The notes under the pieces: model-generated
Told to the model about the DNA's origin: nothing
The model's database searches: none
The model's input: the letters and a program-made list of their open reading frames with translations, nothing else
Virus record (IMG/VR): IMGVR_UViG_3300038345_000251
Location: 32,001 to 96,000 of that record
DNA length: 64,000 bases
Direction: 5' to 3' (one strand)
DNA from: a virus
Lineage: Duplodnaviria > Heunggongvirae > Uroviricota > Caudoviricetes
Made by a program: the position numbers and the translations under genes
In this document: positions 28,066-38,090 of the stretch, in pieces
Layout: every line of letters starts with the position of its first letter
How positions within the stretch are numbered: the stretch's first letter is position 1

Positions 28066-29253
28066 TTATTTAACTTGTAACGAATCATATACTGGTTTAG
28101 TTTTTACTATTGTGTTATCTCCTATTTTGCCGACATTATTAATATCAATTGTGTGTGGATAAGTAATTTTAAATATATATCCGTTTTCATATTCATTTTC
28201 AAGTAATAAGTCTGTTATCTTATCTTCGATTTCATCTTGGATTGCTCTTGCAATTGGACGTGCGCCATATTCTTTTTCATCTTTTACAATATTAAGAATA
28301 TAATCTATAACATTTTCATCATATTCGACATTATAACCAATTTCATTAAGTCTATTTTCAAATTTCTTAATTTCAAGTTTGATAATATCTTTAAGATTTT
28401 CATCGGTAAGACTATTGAAATAAATAACATTTGTAAGACGGTTAATAAATTCAGCAGGGAATTTCTTTTTCAATTCTTTAAGAAGAATTTTCTTACTGTT
28501 TTCATCGGCATCTGTATTAAAACCAATTCCTTTACCAAAATCATTTGCTGCTTTTGTACCAACATTCGATGTGAATAATACAATTACGTTCTTAAAGTCA
28601 ACACGCATACCAGAGTTATCTGTAAGGAAACCTTCATCAAGTACCTGTAAGAAAATATTATAAACTTCAGGGTCTGCTTTTTCAATTTCGTCAAGAAGAA
28701 GTACACAATATTTCTTATTCTTAACAGCTTCAGTTAATAAACCACCATCTTCATAACCAACATAACCTGGGTTAGAACCGATAAGTTTATTTACTGCTGT
28801 TTTGTCAAAATATTCTGACATATCAAAACGAATAATTGCCTCTTCTGTACCAAACATTTCTTTTGCTAATTTCTTGGCTATAAGAGTATTGTGACTTAAT
28901 ATATCATTTGTGTAATATCTATGATTAGAGTTATCAGAAAGTTCTAAGTCATACATTTCTTCATAAACACCTGTATTAATAATTTCTGTTATTTCTTCAA
29001 CACCATCTTTTGTTAATATTAAATCTCCAACATTAAGTTCTTTTGCAAAAACTTCATCCATATTATTATTAAATAATATATGGTCATCAGCACATTCAAG
29101 TGTTTTATTTTTAGTTTTAATAATAAATTTTAAATATGGAATTGTTTGATGTATTGCAACAATATCAACAAACCCATTATCAGTTTCAACTTCGTAGTCA
29201 AAAATGTTTTGTGACCATGTAAACTTTCTATTAACAGTTTCAGATTTTAACAT
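28066..29253 (-). CDS. clpC: Split ClpC C-half: C-intein (122 aa) fused to the remainder of AAA+ domain 2
   Basis: Intein blocks CADDH, YDLEL, terminal SHN|T, then RFDMSEY, GYVGY, LLLDEIEKA, YGARP. Confidence 0.9.
   Translation of the reverse strand: MLKSETVNRKFTWSQNIFDYEVETDNGFVDIVAIHQTIPYLKFIIKTKNKTLECADDHILFNNNMDEVFAKELNVGDLILTKDGVEEITEIINTGVYEEMYDLELSDNSNHRYYTNDILSHNTLIAKKLAKEMFGTEEAIIRFDMSEYFDKTAVNKLIGSNPGYVGYEDGGLLTEAVKNKKYCVLLLDEIEKADPEVYNIFLQVLDEGFLTDNSGMRVDFKNVIVLFTSNVGTKAANDFGKGIGFNTDADENSKKILLKELKKKFPAEFINRLTNVIYFNSLTDENLKDIIKLEIKKFENRLNEIGYNVEYDENVIDYILNIVKDEKEYGARPIARAIQDEIEDKITDLLLENEYENGYIFKITYPHTIDINNVGKIGDNTIVKTKPVYDSLQVK
28888..29253 (-). mobile_element. Split intein C-fragment
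   Basis: Ends ILSHN followed by the Thr of Walker A. Confidence 0.85.
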
Positions 29254-30401
29254 ATATTTAAAAAATTTAAAATTTGTTGTATAACTTTATTTTTATTATT
29301 TCTATAATCATTTTCCCATATATTTAAATAAGAAAAACCATTATTTATTGCAACTTTTTGTTTTTTAGCGTCAAATTCCCATAAATCTTTACTAGTTTTA
29401 TCTTTTTTAAATGGGTTAGGTGTATCATTTTCTTCAAATATTAAAGGGTTAGCATGATATATATCACCTTGAAATTCTATTATTTTCCTTTTATTTAGGT
29501 CGGTAAAATCATAAATATAATTAATGCCTTCTTCTCTTAAACAATACTCATGATTTTTAGTTGCATAAAAAATATAGTCTTTTTCTTCATCTTTATAATA
29601 TTTTAAAATTGTGTCAAATAATTCTTGTGATATTTTTGAATATCCAACATGTAAATTTTCTGATTTATGAAGTGTGTTTTGCCATTTTTTTTGACGTTCT
29701 TCCCATACTTTTATGCCATCTTCTTCACCATATTTTTCAATACATTTTTCTTTTGAAAAGAAACATTGTTTTTCAGAAATAATCTGTTGTGCTTCTTCAA
29801 GTGTACAACCACTAATTTTTATCCAATACTCTGGACATCTCCAACTTCTTTGTCTAACTTTTTCAATGTTACCATTTGAAATTTTTGAGTATTTTGATTG
29901 TATTTTGCTTATTTCTTCTTTTGCTTCGTTTTCAGAATATCCTCTACTTGTCCAATATTCAATACAATATCTACTTTTTTCCCTAAAAAACAAATCAGCA
30001 TTTTCAATGTTACCAAGTTTTTTAATTATAGTTTCTTTATCACAATTACCTCTATTTTTTACAAATTGTGTAAAACATTTTTGTTTCTCAGTTATTTTTT
30101 GTCTTCCTTCTTCTTCAGAATAACCTTTATTTAACCAATATTCAATACACAAAGGACTTTTTTTCTTTTTTTCTTTTTCAATTTTATCAGCATATTCTTT
30201 TCCAATAAAAGATAATCTTTTAATTTTGAAACTTTTATTATTGAAACAAATACATTCTGGATTTGAACAATTTGTTATACTAAAAATATTTTCACTCTTT
30301 TTTTTGCACTCTAAATCACTACCACAAAGTTTACATTTTGGTAGTTCATTAGAATCTGTTTCAAAAACTACAATACCATTATATTTAAATTTTTTCCCCA
30401 T
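29247..30401 (-). CDS. Free-standing endonuclease (Vsr/PD-(D/E)XK-like) between the split clpC halves
   Basis: CIEYW..GYSEEE repeats; C-terminal YDF...IIEFQGDIYHANP...IWE. Confidence 0.75.
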   Translation of the reverse strand: MGKKFKYNGIVVFETDSNELPKCKLCGSDLECKKKSENIFSITNCSNPECICFNNKSFKIKRLSFIGKEYADKIEKEKKKKSPLCIEYWLNKGYSEEEGRQKITEKQKCFTQFVKNRGNCDKETIIKKLGNIENADLFFREKSRYCIEYWTSRGYSENEAKEEISKIQSKYSKISNGNIEKVRQRSWRCPEYWIKISGCTLEEAQQIISEKQCFFSKEKCIEKYGEEDGIKVWEERQKKWQNTLHKSENLHVGYSKISQELFDTILKYYKDEEKDYIFYATKNHEYCLREEGINYIYDFTDLNKRKIIEFQGDIYHANPLIFEENDTPNPFKKDKTSKDLWEFDAKKQKVAINNGFSYLNIWENDYRNNKNKVIQQILNFLNIC

Positions 30402-30455
30402 ACTTATATTTTATATATAAATAGTTTAAAAAATTAATTTATTGGTTGAACAGGG

Positions 30456-32378
30456 TTATTTTTTTACTCTTTTTTTAAATTCATCAATCGTAATGCGCTC
30501 AGTTTCACCTGTTTTTTTGTTTCTTATGTTTATATAAGTATTACCAGAAACGCATTTACCAACACCTGTTTTTCCAATTAACATACTACTATACAAGCAT
30601 TTACCGTTACTTAAACCAATTCTATTACGTTTAAGTGCTTTGCAAATGGTATCAATTGCATCATCTTGTCCAATAACTTCTTCTTTAAGACGTTCATTAA
30701 TATTTGCAAGACGTTTTTTATCATCAGCAGTAAGTTTATTAATAGGAATTTTAGTTTTCTTTGAAATAAGTTCAAGAATTATATTTTCACCGATAATTTC
30801 TGGATTATGAATTCTATATTCCTTATGTCTTTTTTCGTTTTCGATAATTTGAGCGTTTAGTGATTGTTCGATTTTTTCAAGTTCATCAACTTGTTTATAA
30901 TTTTCTTTTTGTTTTGCTTCATTGATATTAAACTTGACGTTATTAAGTTCTTTTTTCATTGCAGCAACTTCAGGATTTGAATCAGCACTTGTTCCGATAA
31001 TAGAACCTGCTTCGTCAATAATATCAATTGCTGAATCAGGAAGATTACGTTCAGGAATATATCTATTTGTAAGTTTTACACAGGTATCAATTGCTTCATC
31101 TGTATATCTTACATGATGATAGTTTTCATAATAATCTTTAATACCGTGTACAATTTCAAGTGCTTCTTCTATTGTTGGCGTATCAACAATAATTTTTTGG
31201 AATCTTCTTGCAAGTGCAGGGTCTTTATCGAATGTTTTTCTAAATGCTTTATAATCTGAAGTACCGATAACTTGTAATTCACCTGTTTCAAGTGAACGTG
31301 AAATCATACCAGAAATATCATATTCATTTTTATTTTTATCATTAAGAACATTACTGATATTATCAATAAAGAGAATATAATTACCGCTTGTTTTAATTTC
31401 ATTAAGAAGCCCTTTTACACGTTCTTCAAACTGTCCTCTTAATGTTGTACCTGCTTGAAGTGCTGTGATGTCAAGAGAAACAACAATTTTATTAAGAAGA
31501 AAATCTGGTACTTCTTTTTCCACAATTTTACTTGCAAGGTTTTCCGCAATACTTGTTTTACCAACACCTTCAGAGCCTACTAAGATTGCATTGTTTTTCT
31601 TTCTTCTACCAAGAATTCTAACAATTTCTTCAATTTCTTTATCTCTACCAATTAATCTATCAATTTCTTTATTTTCTGCAAGAACATTAAGGTTTGTACA
31701 AAATGAATCAATACAAGGAGTTTTACTTTTTGGTTTTTTATTATTGGCTTCTTCTTGTTCTTTTTGCATTTTCATAATATCTTGTGGTGTAATTTCACCA
31801 GCCATTAATTTACCCATTAATTCTTGTGGGTTAGGAAATTTAGATAAATCAATACCAATTACAGTTGGCCCAGACATTCCTGGTATTTCTTGATTAATTT
31901 CGTTATTTTTTATTTCTTCTTGTTTTTGTTTATAAATTTCTGCAAACTTATTGTAAGTAATTTGTTTAGCATTGATGATTTTTCTAATTCTATTATCATT
32001 AGAATCATCAGAAAGAATGGCAAGCATAACATGTGCTGTAGTTACTTCCTTGTCACCCATTTTTTTACATTCTTCTTGTGATTTATCAAGATATTCAGTA
32101 AGTTTTTCGTTATATTTTTGTTCTCTTGTTGGTTTAACAGCATTCATCGCTTTTGAAGACAAATAACTGCCAACTGATGCTTGAATTGCATCAAGAGTTG
32201 GAGGGTTGATAACTTTTACAAGAGTTTTATATAACTCGTTGTCCTTTGTCTCTAAAACCGCTAAGAAGAAATATTCAGGAGTAATTACAACAGTTGGAAG
32301 TTCATCTTTTGCAATTTCGTTCTCCATATATACCAGAACTTCCTTAAGTTCGTCAGAAAATAAATTTTTGTCTATCAT
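30456..32378 (-). CDS. clpC: Split ClpC N-half: Clp-N repeats, AAA+ domain 1, UVR-like coil, start of AAA+ domain 2, then N-intein (32 aa)
   Basis: IGRDKE..RRKKNN..GVGKT, DPALARRFQ, LPDSAID, VIGQDDAI, GKTGVGK|CVSGNT...; probable start MIDKN at 32378. Confidence 0.9.
   Translation of the reverse strand: MIDKNLFSDELKEVLVYMENEIAKDELPTVVITPEYFFLAVLETKDNELYKTLVKVINPPTLDAIQASVGSYLSSKAMNAVKPTREQKYNEKLTEYLDKSQEECKKMGDKEVTTAHVMLAILSDDSNDNRIRKIINAKQITYNKFAEIYKQKQEEIKNNEINQEIPGMSGPTVIGIDLSKFPNPQELMGKLMAGEITPQDIMKMQKEQEEANNKKPKSKTPCIDSFCTNLNVLAENKEIDRLIGRDKEIEEIVRILGRRKKNNAILVGSEGVGKTSIAENLASKIVEKEVPDFLLNKIVVSLDITALQAGTTLRGQFEERVKGLLNEIKTSGNYILFIDNISNVLNDKNKNEYDISGMISRSLETGELQVIGTSDYKAFRKTFDKDPALARRFQKIIVDTPTIEEALEIVHGIKDYYENYHHVRYTDEAIDTCVKLTNRYIPERNLPDSAIDIIDEAGSIIGTSADSNPEVAAMKKELNNVKFNINEAKQKENYKQVDELEKIEQSLNAQIIENEKRHKEYRIHNPEIIGENIILELISKKTKIPINKLTADDKKRLANINERLKEEVIGQDDAIDTICKALKRNRIGLSNGKCLYSSMLIGKTGVGKCVSGNTYINIRNKKTGETERITIDEFKKRVKK
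30459..30554 (-). mobile_element. Split intein N-fragment
   Basis: CVSGNTYINIRNKKTGETERITIDEFKKRVKK*, an intein block A motif. Confidence 0.85.
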
Positions 32379-32441
32379 CTTAATATTTTTACTTGTTTTT
32401 TTTGACAAATATACACATTTTATTACAAAAAATCAAGTATA

Positions 32442-33170
32442 ATGGTAATATTAAAGAAGTATGATGAAGAAACCAAAACAGAAAAGGCTTGGTATGATTC
32501 AAGTATGTTTTGTTTCACAAAGGCAGTAGAACATGAAAATTCCAATCATGTTGAATTATATGTAACATTTAAAAATGGTTGGACATATGTATATAAAGAT
32601 GTTAAACTTGAAGATTATGTTTTATTAATTTCAGGTTTTGAACAATCTTCACACGGTAAGACGTTAAATAAAGTAATTAAACCCAATTATGAATTTGAAA
32701 GAGTTGATAATAGAAATGTAGATGATATATGGGCTGAATATTATAAAATTCGTAACGAAGAAGATGAAAAACAAAAAGATATATATAATACGTATTTTAT
32801 ATCAGGACATAGAGATATTACAGAAGAAGAGTTTGAGGCAAATTATCAAGAAAAATTAAATTACGTTGTGTCAGAACACGAGGATTGTAAGTTTGTGGTT
32901 GGTGATTATCATGGTGTAGATATAATGGCACAAAATTATTTAATTGATGTATTACAAGTTGACCCGTCACGAATTACTGTATATCATATGTTAGAACAGC
33001 CAAGAAATATAAATCCAAAAATTACAAACTTAAAAGGTGGATTTACTTCAGATGATGAAAGAGATAGTGCTATGACAAATGCTTCATTTGAAGACATTGC
33101 TTTTGTTAGGGATAATAAGAAAATTAGTGGTACAGCAGAAAATATTTTACGAAGATATTTGTTAAAGTAG
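32442..33170 (+). CDS. KTSC-like domain + SLOG-like domain protein
   Basis: LYVTFKNG.TYVYKDV...SHGK..N..IK (KTSC-like); YFISGHRD...GD..GVD (SLOG-like). Confidence 0.5.
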   Translation: MVILKKYDEETKTEKAWYDSSMFCFTKAVEHENSNHVELYVTFKNGWTYVYKDVKLEDYVLLISGFEQSSHGKTLNKVIKPNYEFERVDNRNVDDIWAEYYKIRNEEDEKQKDIYNTYFISGHRDITEEEFEANYQEKLNYVVSEHEDCKFVVGDYHGVDIMAQNYLIDVLQVDPSRITVYHMLEQPRNINPKITNLKGGFTSDDERDSAMTNASFEDIAFVRDNKKISGTAENILRRYLLK

Positions 33171-33231
33171 TTTTTTGAATTTAATACTATTTATTTAGAA
33201 AGAATAATAACGTTATAAATTCAATAAAAAA

Positions 33232-33444
33232 ATGGTAAACAATAAATTTAGATGCTACGGCTATAAGGAAACTACTGAATTTGTTGGTCTTAAACCAAAG
33301 TTGTTCAATGAAATTGGTGATGACCTTACAATTGGTAAAGTTGATAACCCTGTTGTATCAATTTTTGACCCAACAGCAAAAGGCAATGATTCAATGAAAG
33401 ACGTTGACATTAAAGGTTTGGCTGAAAAAGAAGAAGAAGAGTAA
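33232..33444 (+). CDS. Hypothetical protein
   Basis: 70-aa ORF with ACTATTTAT promoter and terminator. Confidence 0.55.
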   Translation: MVNNKFRCYGYKETTEFVGLKPKLFNEIGDDLTIGKVDNPVVSIFDPTAKGNDSMKDVDIKGLAEKEEEE

Positions 33445-33534
33445 GATATTTCCTTATATATTATAAATGCACTTTGATTAATTTCAGAGTGCATTTTGTT
33501 TATTTATTGACTATTTATAGTTATATTATTATAT

Positions 33535-35787
33535 ATGAAAACAATTTATATCACAGAAGAACAAAAGAAAAAACTTAAAAAAGCAATAACACCGCAAGAA
33601 CAGGTTGGTAAAAAAGTAAATGCAGGTGTTATGGATGCTGTTGTTGGTGGAATGTGTGAGGATGCAGAAGACGATAAGTTTGTTTTAGGTGCTGAAATGA
33701 ATGCACCTATCGGTGGTGTTTATTATCATGTAAAAGAATCAAAATTAAACGAATCACCTGATTATATTGATTTCTTTGATGATAGATTTAATTACTCAGA
33801 TGCATACCCATTTATTTATCTTTGGAACAAACAACAATTATATATTGGGCAAGGTGGACAAACACATATTGATGTGGTTAATGAAATTGACAAAGAATTA
33901 AACAATGATTTTTCAAACCCAGAAATACCTTATTCTGCACATTGTGATGAAATGTTAACAGGAAGATATTGGCAACAGGATAATGTTATTTCTTTTTGGA
34001 AAACGCCTATTGATAGAAGAATGAATGTTCGTAAAGTTATTGATGCACTTAAGGAACAAGGTATAATACAAAGTTCAGAATATACAGTATTAGATTATTG
34101 GGATAATAACACGATGTCATGTTGTATTTTCCCAATCAAATGGCTTTTCAATGGAACATATGATATGTTTGCAGGTAGATGTTCAAGAATTGCACCAATA
34201 AAACCACTTGAATATAGTAGAACAGGAAAATATACATATTTCCAAGTAAACACAAATGGTAGTGGTATTCAATGCGTCAACGTTTCAGGTAATGAAATAT
34301 TAACAGGTATGGAATATTATATGAAAACAAGTTCTATGAGCGAAGGTAGAAAAAAAGTGGTTAAAAATGATGAAGGTGAAATTGTTCCTGAAAAATGTGA
34401 TAAATGTGGTGGTGATGTGGTTGTACAAATACACGGTGAACCTGTATATATATGTAAAGATTGTGGTAAGTATTTTGGAACAGTACCGTTTACTTTGAAA
34501 GAAAGTATAGATTATAAAAAATGGTTACGACAACTTAAAAAAAGACGTGACCCAGATAATATTGAAGAAAATATTGAAATCGAAGATAAATGGAATGGTG
34601 AAGGTGAAAAATTAGAACCACTTAAAAGAATTTCAAGAGTTCCTGAATTTCTTTATCATTGTTCATATGCCAAAAACCGTGAAAGTATTTTGAAAAATGG
34701 TATTTATGCTTCAGTTGGTGATGAATATAAAGATTGGTGGAATTATGAAGGACCAAACGGTGAAACACCTGATGACGATGAACTTGAATATCTTGTGTTT
34801 TTATCAAGCAGACCTTATACATGGGCTGATAATTATCCGATAGATAAAATGGATATTTATAAAATAGATACAAAACAACTTGATAAACATTGTTTTTATT
34901 TTGACCCAGATAGATTTATGGCATTGAAAGGTTCAATATGTTATACTCTTAATATACCGCCATCAGCTATAGAACTTTTTGATACTGTTTATAGGCATAA
35001 AAGTATTAAAGAAAATATAGAAAATGAAATAGCACCAGAAGATGTTGATTTATCTTCGTTCAATATTAAAAAAAGACTTAATCCTAAATTTTGGTCTGAT
35101 GGACATCTTGATTCAAGAATTAGATTAAAATTAATGGATATTTCTAACGATTTTATTGAATATTTAGGAATAGAACCTAATATTGTTGAAGATGTATTAA
35201 TGACAGGTTCATTAGCAAATTTCAATTGGAGTGAAGAATTTTCAGATATTGATTTGCACATATTGTTAGATTATTCAGATGTTGATGAAAACACTGAATT
35301 CGTAAAACAGTATTTTATGTCACAGAAAAACTCTTGGAATAATGAACATGGTGACATTACGATATTTGGTTTTCCTGTTGAAGTATATGTACAAGACATA
35401 AATGAAAAACATGATTCATCAGGTGTATATTCACTTGATAGAGATAAGTGGTTAATTGAACCTGATAGAAACATTTTGGCAACATCTAAAGTTAACAAAA
35501 AGTTAATTAAAGATAAAGTTTCTGATTATACAAACAAGATTGATAAATTAGTTTATCTTTACGGAAAAGCCAAAGATGATGAATATAAACTTGGAAAAAT
35601 TGCAGAAAAAGCAAATGTTCTTTGGGATGAGATTAAAAATAGTAGAAAAAAAGGATTTGAAATTAGTAACGGAAAAGAGATAAATAATTTTAATATTATA
35701 TTTAAAACATTAAGAAGATTTGGTTATTTGGATAAATTATATCAACTTAAAACTAAAACATACAACAAATTAAATAGTATTGATTGA
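33535..35787 (+). CDS. Multi-domain head cargo: leader + Zn ribbon + ART-fold + nucleotidyltransferase
   Basis: CDKC/CKDC; LYHCS...ILKNGI...NIPPSAI; GSLANFNWS..SDIDLH...VEVYVQD (Pol-beta NTase). Confidence 0.7.
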   Translation: MKTIYITEEQKKKLKKAITPQEQVGKKVNAGVMDAVVGGMCEDAEDDKFVLGAEMNAPIGGVYYHVKESKLNESPDYIDFFDDRFNYSDAYPFIYLWNKQQLYIGQGGQTHIDVVNEIDKELNNDFSNPEIPYSAHCDEMLTGRYWQQDNVISFWKTPIDRRMNVRKVIDALKEQGIIQSSEYTVLDYWDNNTMSCCIFPIKWLFNGTYDMFAGRCSRIAPIKPLEYSRTGKYTYFQVNTNGSGIQCVNVSGNEILTGMEYYMKTSSMSEGRKKVVKNDEGEIVPEKCDKCGGDVVVQIHGEPVYICKDCGKYFGTVPFTLKESIDYKKWLRQLKKRRDPDNIEENIEIEDKWNGEGEKLEPLKRISRVPEFLYHCSYAKNRESILKNGIYASVGDEYKDWWNYEGPNGETPDDDELEYLVFLSSRPYTWADNYPIDKMDIYKIDTKQLDKHCFYFDPDRFMALKGSICYTLNIPPSAIELFDTVYRHKSIKENIENEIAPEDVDLSSFNIKKRLNPKFWSDGHLDSRIRLKLMDISNDFIEYLGIEPNIVEDVLMTGSLANFNWSEEFSDIDLHILLDYSDVDENTEFVKQYFMSQKNSWNNEHGDITIFGFPVEVYVQDINEKHDSSGVYSLDRDKWLIEPDRNILATSKVNKKLIKDKVSDYTNKIDKLVYLYGKAKDDEYKLGKIAEKANVLWDEIKNSRKKGFEISNGKEINNFNIIFKTLRRFGYLDKLYQLKTKTYNKLNSID

Positions 35788-35853
35788 TTTTTTTAATTTA
35801 TCAAAATATTTATAAGAAAATAAGAAATAATAAATAGATTTAAATATAGCACA

Positions 35854-37470
35854 ATGAATAACAATTTTGAAGATTCAATTGCTCGTATGAAGGCTCTTTA
35901 TACTTATGGCACTGTAAGTGAAAATAAGAAACAGAGTACAAGTACATTAGAATACTCTGCTAAAGCAGCAGACGGTAAAACATATGGTATTGTAAGAGAA
36001 TGTAATCATTGGTATATTAAACAAGCAGCAGATGGTAAAGAAAAACTTGCTGAAGGATATGATTATATTGGTGGTTATATGAATAAAAGAAATTATCAAT
36101 ATGATAGTTACAATAGTGCTCTTAAAAACCTTGAACTTAAACTTTCATCTATCAACGAAGCATGTGAAGGTAAAGTAAACGTTTCAACACTTGACCCTTT
36201 CAAAAAAGAAATCGTTCTTGCTGAAGCATCAGATAAAATGAAAAATGAAATTGCTCGTCAACGTCAGATTATGTATAATGCAGGTATGATTATGAACGAA
36301 GCAAAAGATTATGCAGTAAAAGGCGGTCCAGCTTGTTCAACAGCACAGCCTGAAGCAGAAACTGGTAAAAAAGGTGACAAAGCAGAAGGTAGCAAAGAAG
36401 CTAAAGCAAATCCTGAATACGAAGGAAGTCATGTTGAACCTATTAAAAAAGCAGAACCATTTGAAAAAAATCCTGTAAAAGAATCATGTGATAATAAATC
36501 ATGTGATACTGATTTTGATGCAGGTGTTCCTAGCTTTGGTTCAACTGAAAACGGTGAAGCAGACACAGAACACAACAATGACCCATTTACCCAATCAGTA
36601 AATGAAGAAGGTGAAAAAGAATGGGATAAAGGGCTTCCTGGTTCAGAAGGTATTGGCGAAGCAGATACTGACCATAACAATGACCCATTTAACAAAAACG
36701 TAAACGAAGGGATTGAAGATGAACTTGGTGACGATGAATTATCAGATGATGATTGGGATGATGAAGACTTTGATTTAGATGATGATTTAGAAGATATTGA
36801 TTTAGATGAACCTGAAGATGAACTTGGTGATGATGCAGTAGAAGATGAACTTGGTGACGATGCAACTGATACTGATTTAGACGCTGGTGTTGAAGATGTT
36901 GAAGGTTCATTAGAAGATGGTGAAGAAATGGTTGATGAAACTGACCCAGAATCTGTAAGAAGTGAAATTGAAAGATTACAAGGTATTCTTGATAGTCTTG
37001 AAGGTGGAGAAGATGAACTTGGTGATGATGCCGTAGAAGGTGACGTTGCACCTGAAGGTGAAGACATTGATAATGCACCTATTGACGATGAAGATGGTTT
37101 TGGTGCAGAAGGTGAAGATGATTTTGATGAAGATGATTTCCAATTTGAAGGAAAACAGGCATTCATGGATTCAATTGTTGAATCAGTTGTTAAATCAATT
37201 GTTAAATCAATTCTTAAAGAAGATGAACTTCACGATTTCGGTAAACACCCTGGTTATAGAAAGAAACCTATGGACCTTCCACCAACAGGAGAAGATAAAA
37301 ATGAACACGGTGAAGACATTAATGACGATAGTGTTCACAATGAAGAACCATTTGGTAAACAGATTGGTGACAGTTCACCTTTCAATCAGTTAGTAAACGC
37401 TGTCACACAGGATGTATTATATCAATTAAAACACGGTGTTCCCCTTGACAATAAAAAAAAAGAGGAATAA
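35854..37470 (+). CDS. Acidic head-core/scaffold-like protein
   Basis: Very D/E-rich, repeated GEADTxHNNDPF and EDELGDD, many (I/V/L)xE sites. Confidence 0.55.
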   Translation: MNNNFEDSIARMKALYTYGTVSENKKQSTSTLEYSAKAADGKTYGIVRECNHWYIKQAADGKEKLAEGYDYIGGYMNKRNYQYDSYNSALKNLELKLSSINEACEGKVNVSTLDPFKKEIVLAEASDKMKNEIARQRQIMYNAGMIMNEAKDYAVKGGPACSTAQPEAETGKKGDKAEGSKEAKANPEYEGSHVEPIKKAEPFEKNPVKESCDNKSCDTDFDAGVPSFGSTENGEADTEHNNDPFTQSVNEEGEKEWDKGLPGSEGIGEADTDHNNDPFNKNVNEGIEDELGDDELSDDDWDDEDFDLDDDLEDIDLDEPEDELGDDAVEDELGDDATDTDLDAGVEDVEGSLEDGEEMVDETDPESVRSEIERLQGILDSLEGGEDELGDDAVEGDVAPEGEDIDNAPIDDEDGFGAEGEDDFDEDDFQFEGKQAFMDSIVESVVKSIVKSILKEDELHDFGKHPGYRKKPMDLPPTGEDKNEHGEDINDDSVHNEEPFGKQIGDSSPFNQLVNAVTQDVLYQLKHGVPLDNKKKEE

Positions 37471-38090
37471 CTGAATCTTCTATTGACGAAAAAAAGGTAA
37501 TAAAAATACCTAAAAAAAATAAACCATCACCTACAGATATGAACGCTATGGGTGGTGGTTTTGCTGGTCCTGAGCCAACAATGCCTGACCCTAATTTGGG
37601 TGGTGCTCCTATGGAAGACCCTTCAATGGGTGCTGACCCAAATGCTATGGGTGGAGACCCTAATATGATGGGTTCTGACCCAGGAATGGATGCAGGTATG
37701 GGAACTGACCCAATGGCAGGTGATGCAACTCCTAATAAAGCAAAAGAAGATATTCAAAAAAACATAGGTAAAGGATGCTCTGATTTCAGAAATTATCAAG
37801 GTGAAGATAAAGAGGAATTGGGTAAATGGATTGAAGGTATGTTAGATTCTGTTGATGATGAGAGTAGTGATGCAGGTATTGGTGAAGAAAGTGAAATGCC
37901 TCCAATGAACAATCAAATGCCACAAATGGAATCTGTTATTTTCACAAAAGGACAATTAGATAAAATAAATGAGGAATTTGGTATTGACAATATGTCTAAA
38001 AAAGACGATAATATTAATACACAACAAAAAAGTAAAAAAGATATAAGTAATAATAATTCTCCTTTTAATAATCCAAATTTTAGTAAATAA
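37455..38090 (+). CDS. Pro/Gly/Met-rich protein, probably a -1 frameshift extension of 35854 (first ATG 37539)
   Basis: Frame open from 37455, immediately at the A9 run ending the previous ORF. Confidence 0.55.
   Translation, partial: KKRGITESSIDEKKVIKIPKKNKPSPTDMNAMGGGFAGPEPTMPDPNLGGAPMEDPSMGADPNAMGGDPNMMGSDPGMDAGMGTDPMAGDATPNKAKEDIQKNIGKGCSDFRNYQGEDKEELGKWIEGMLDSVDDESSDAGIGEESEMPPMNNQMPQMESVIFTKGQLDKINEEFGIDNMSKKDDNINTQQKSKKDISNNNSPFNNPNFSK

Noticed and set aside
29247-30455. Group I intron splitting clpC
   Set aside because: Only ~55 nt of AT-rich non-coding sequence, no room for a ribozyme core; intein motifs explain the split
36429-37166. Long antisense ORFs (e.g. Ser-rich 245 aa) and other short overlapping ORFs in the track
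   Set aside because: Shadows of biased codon usage in the real genes on the opposite strand or frame
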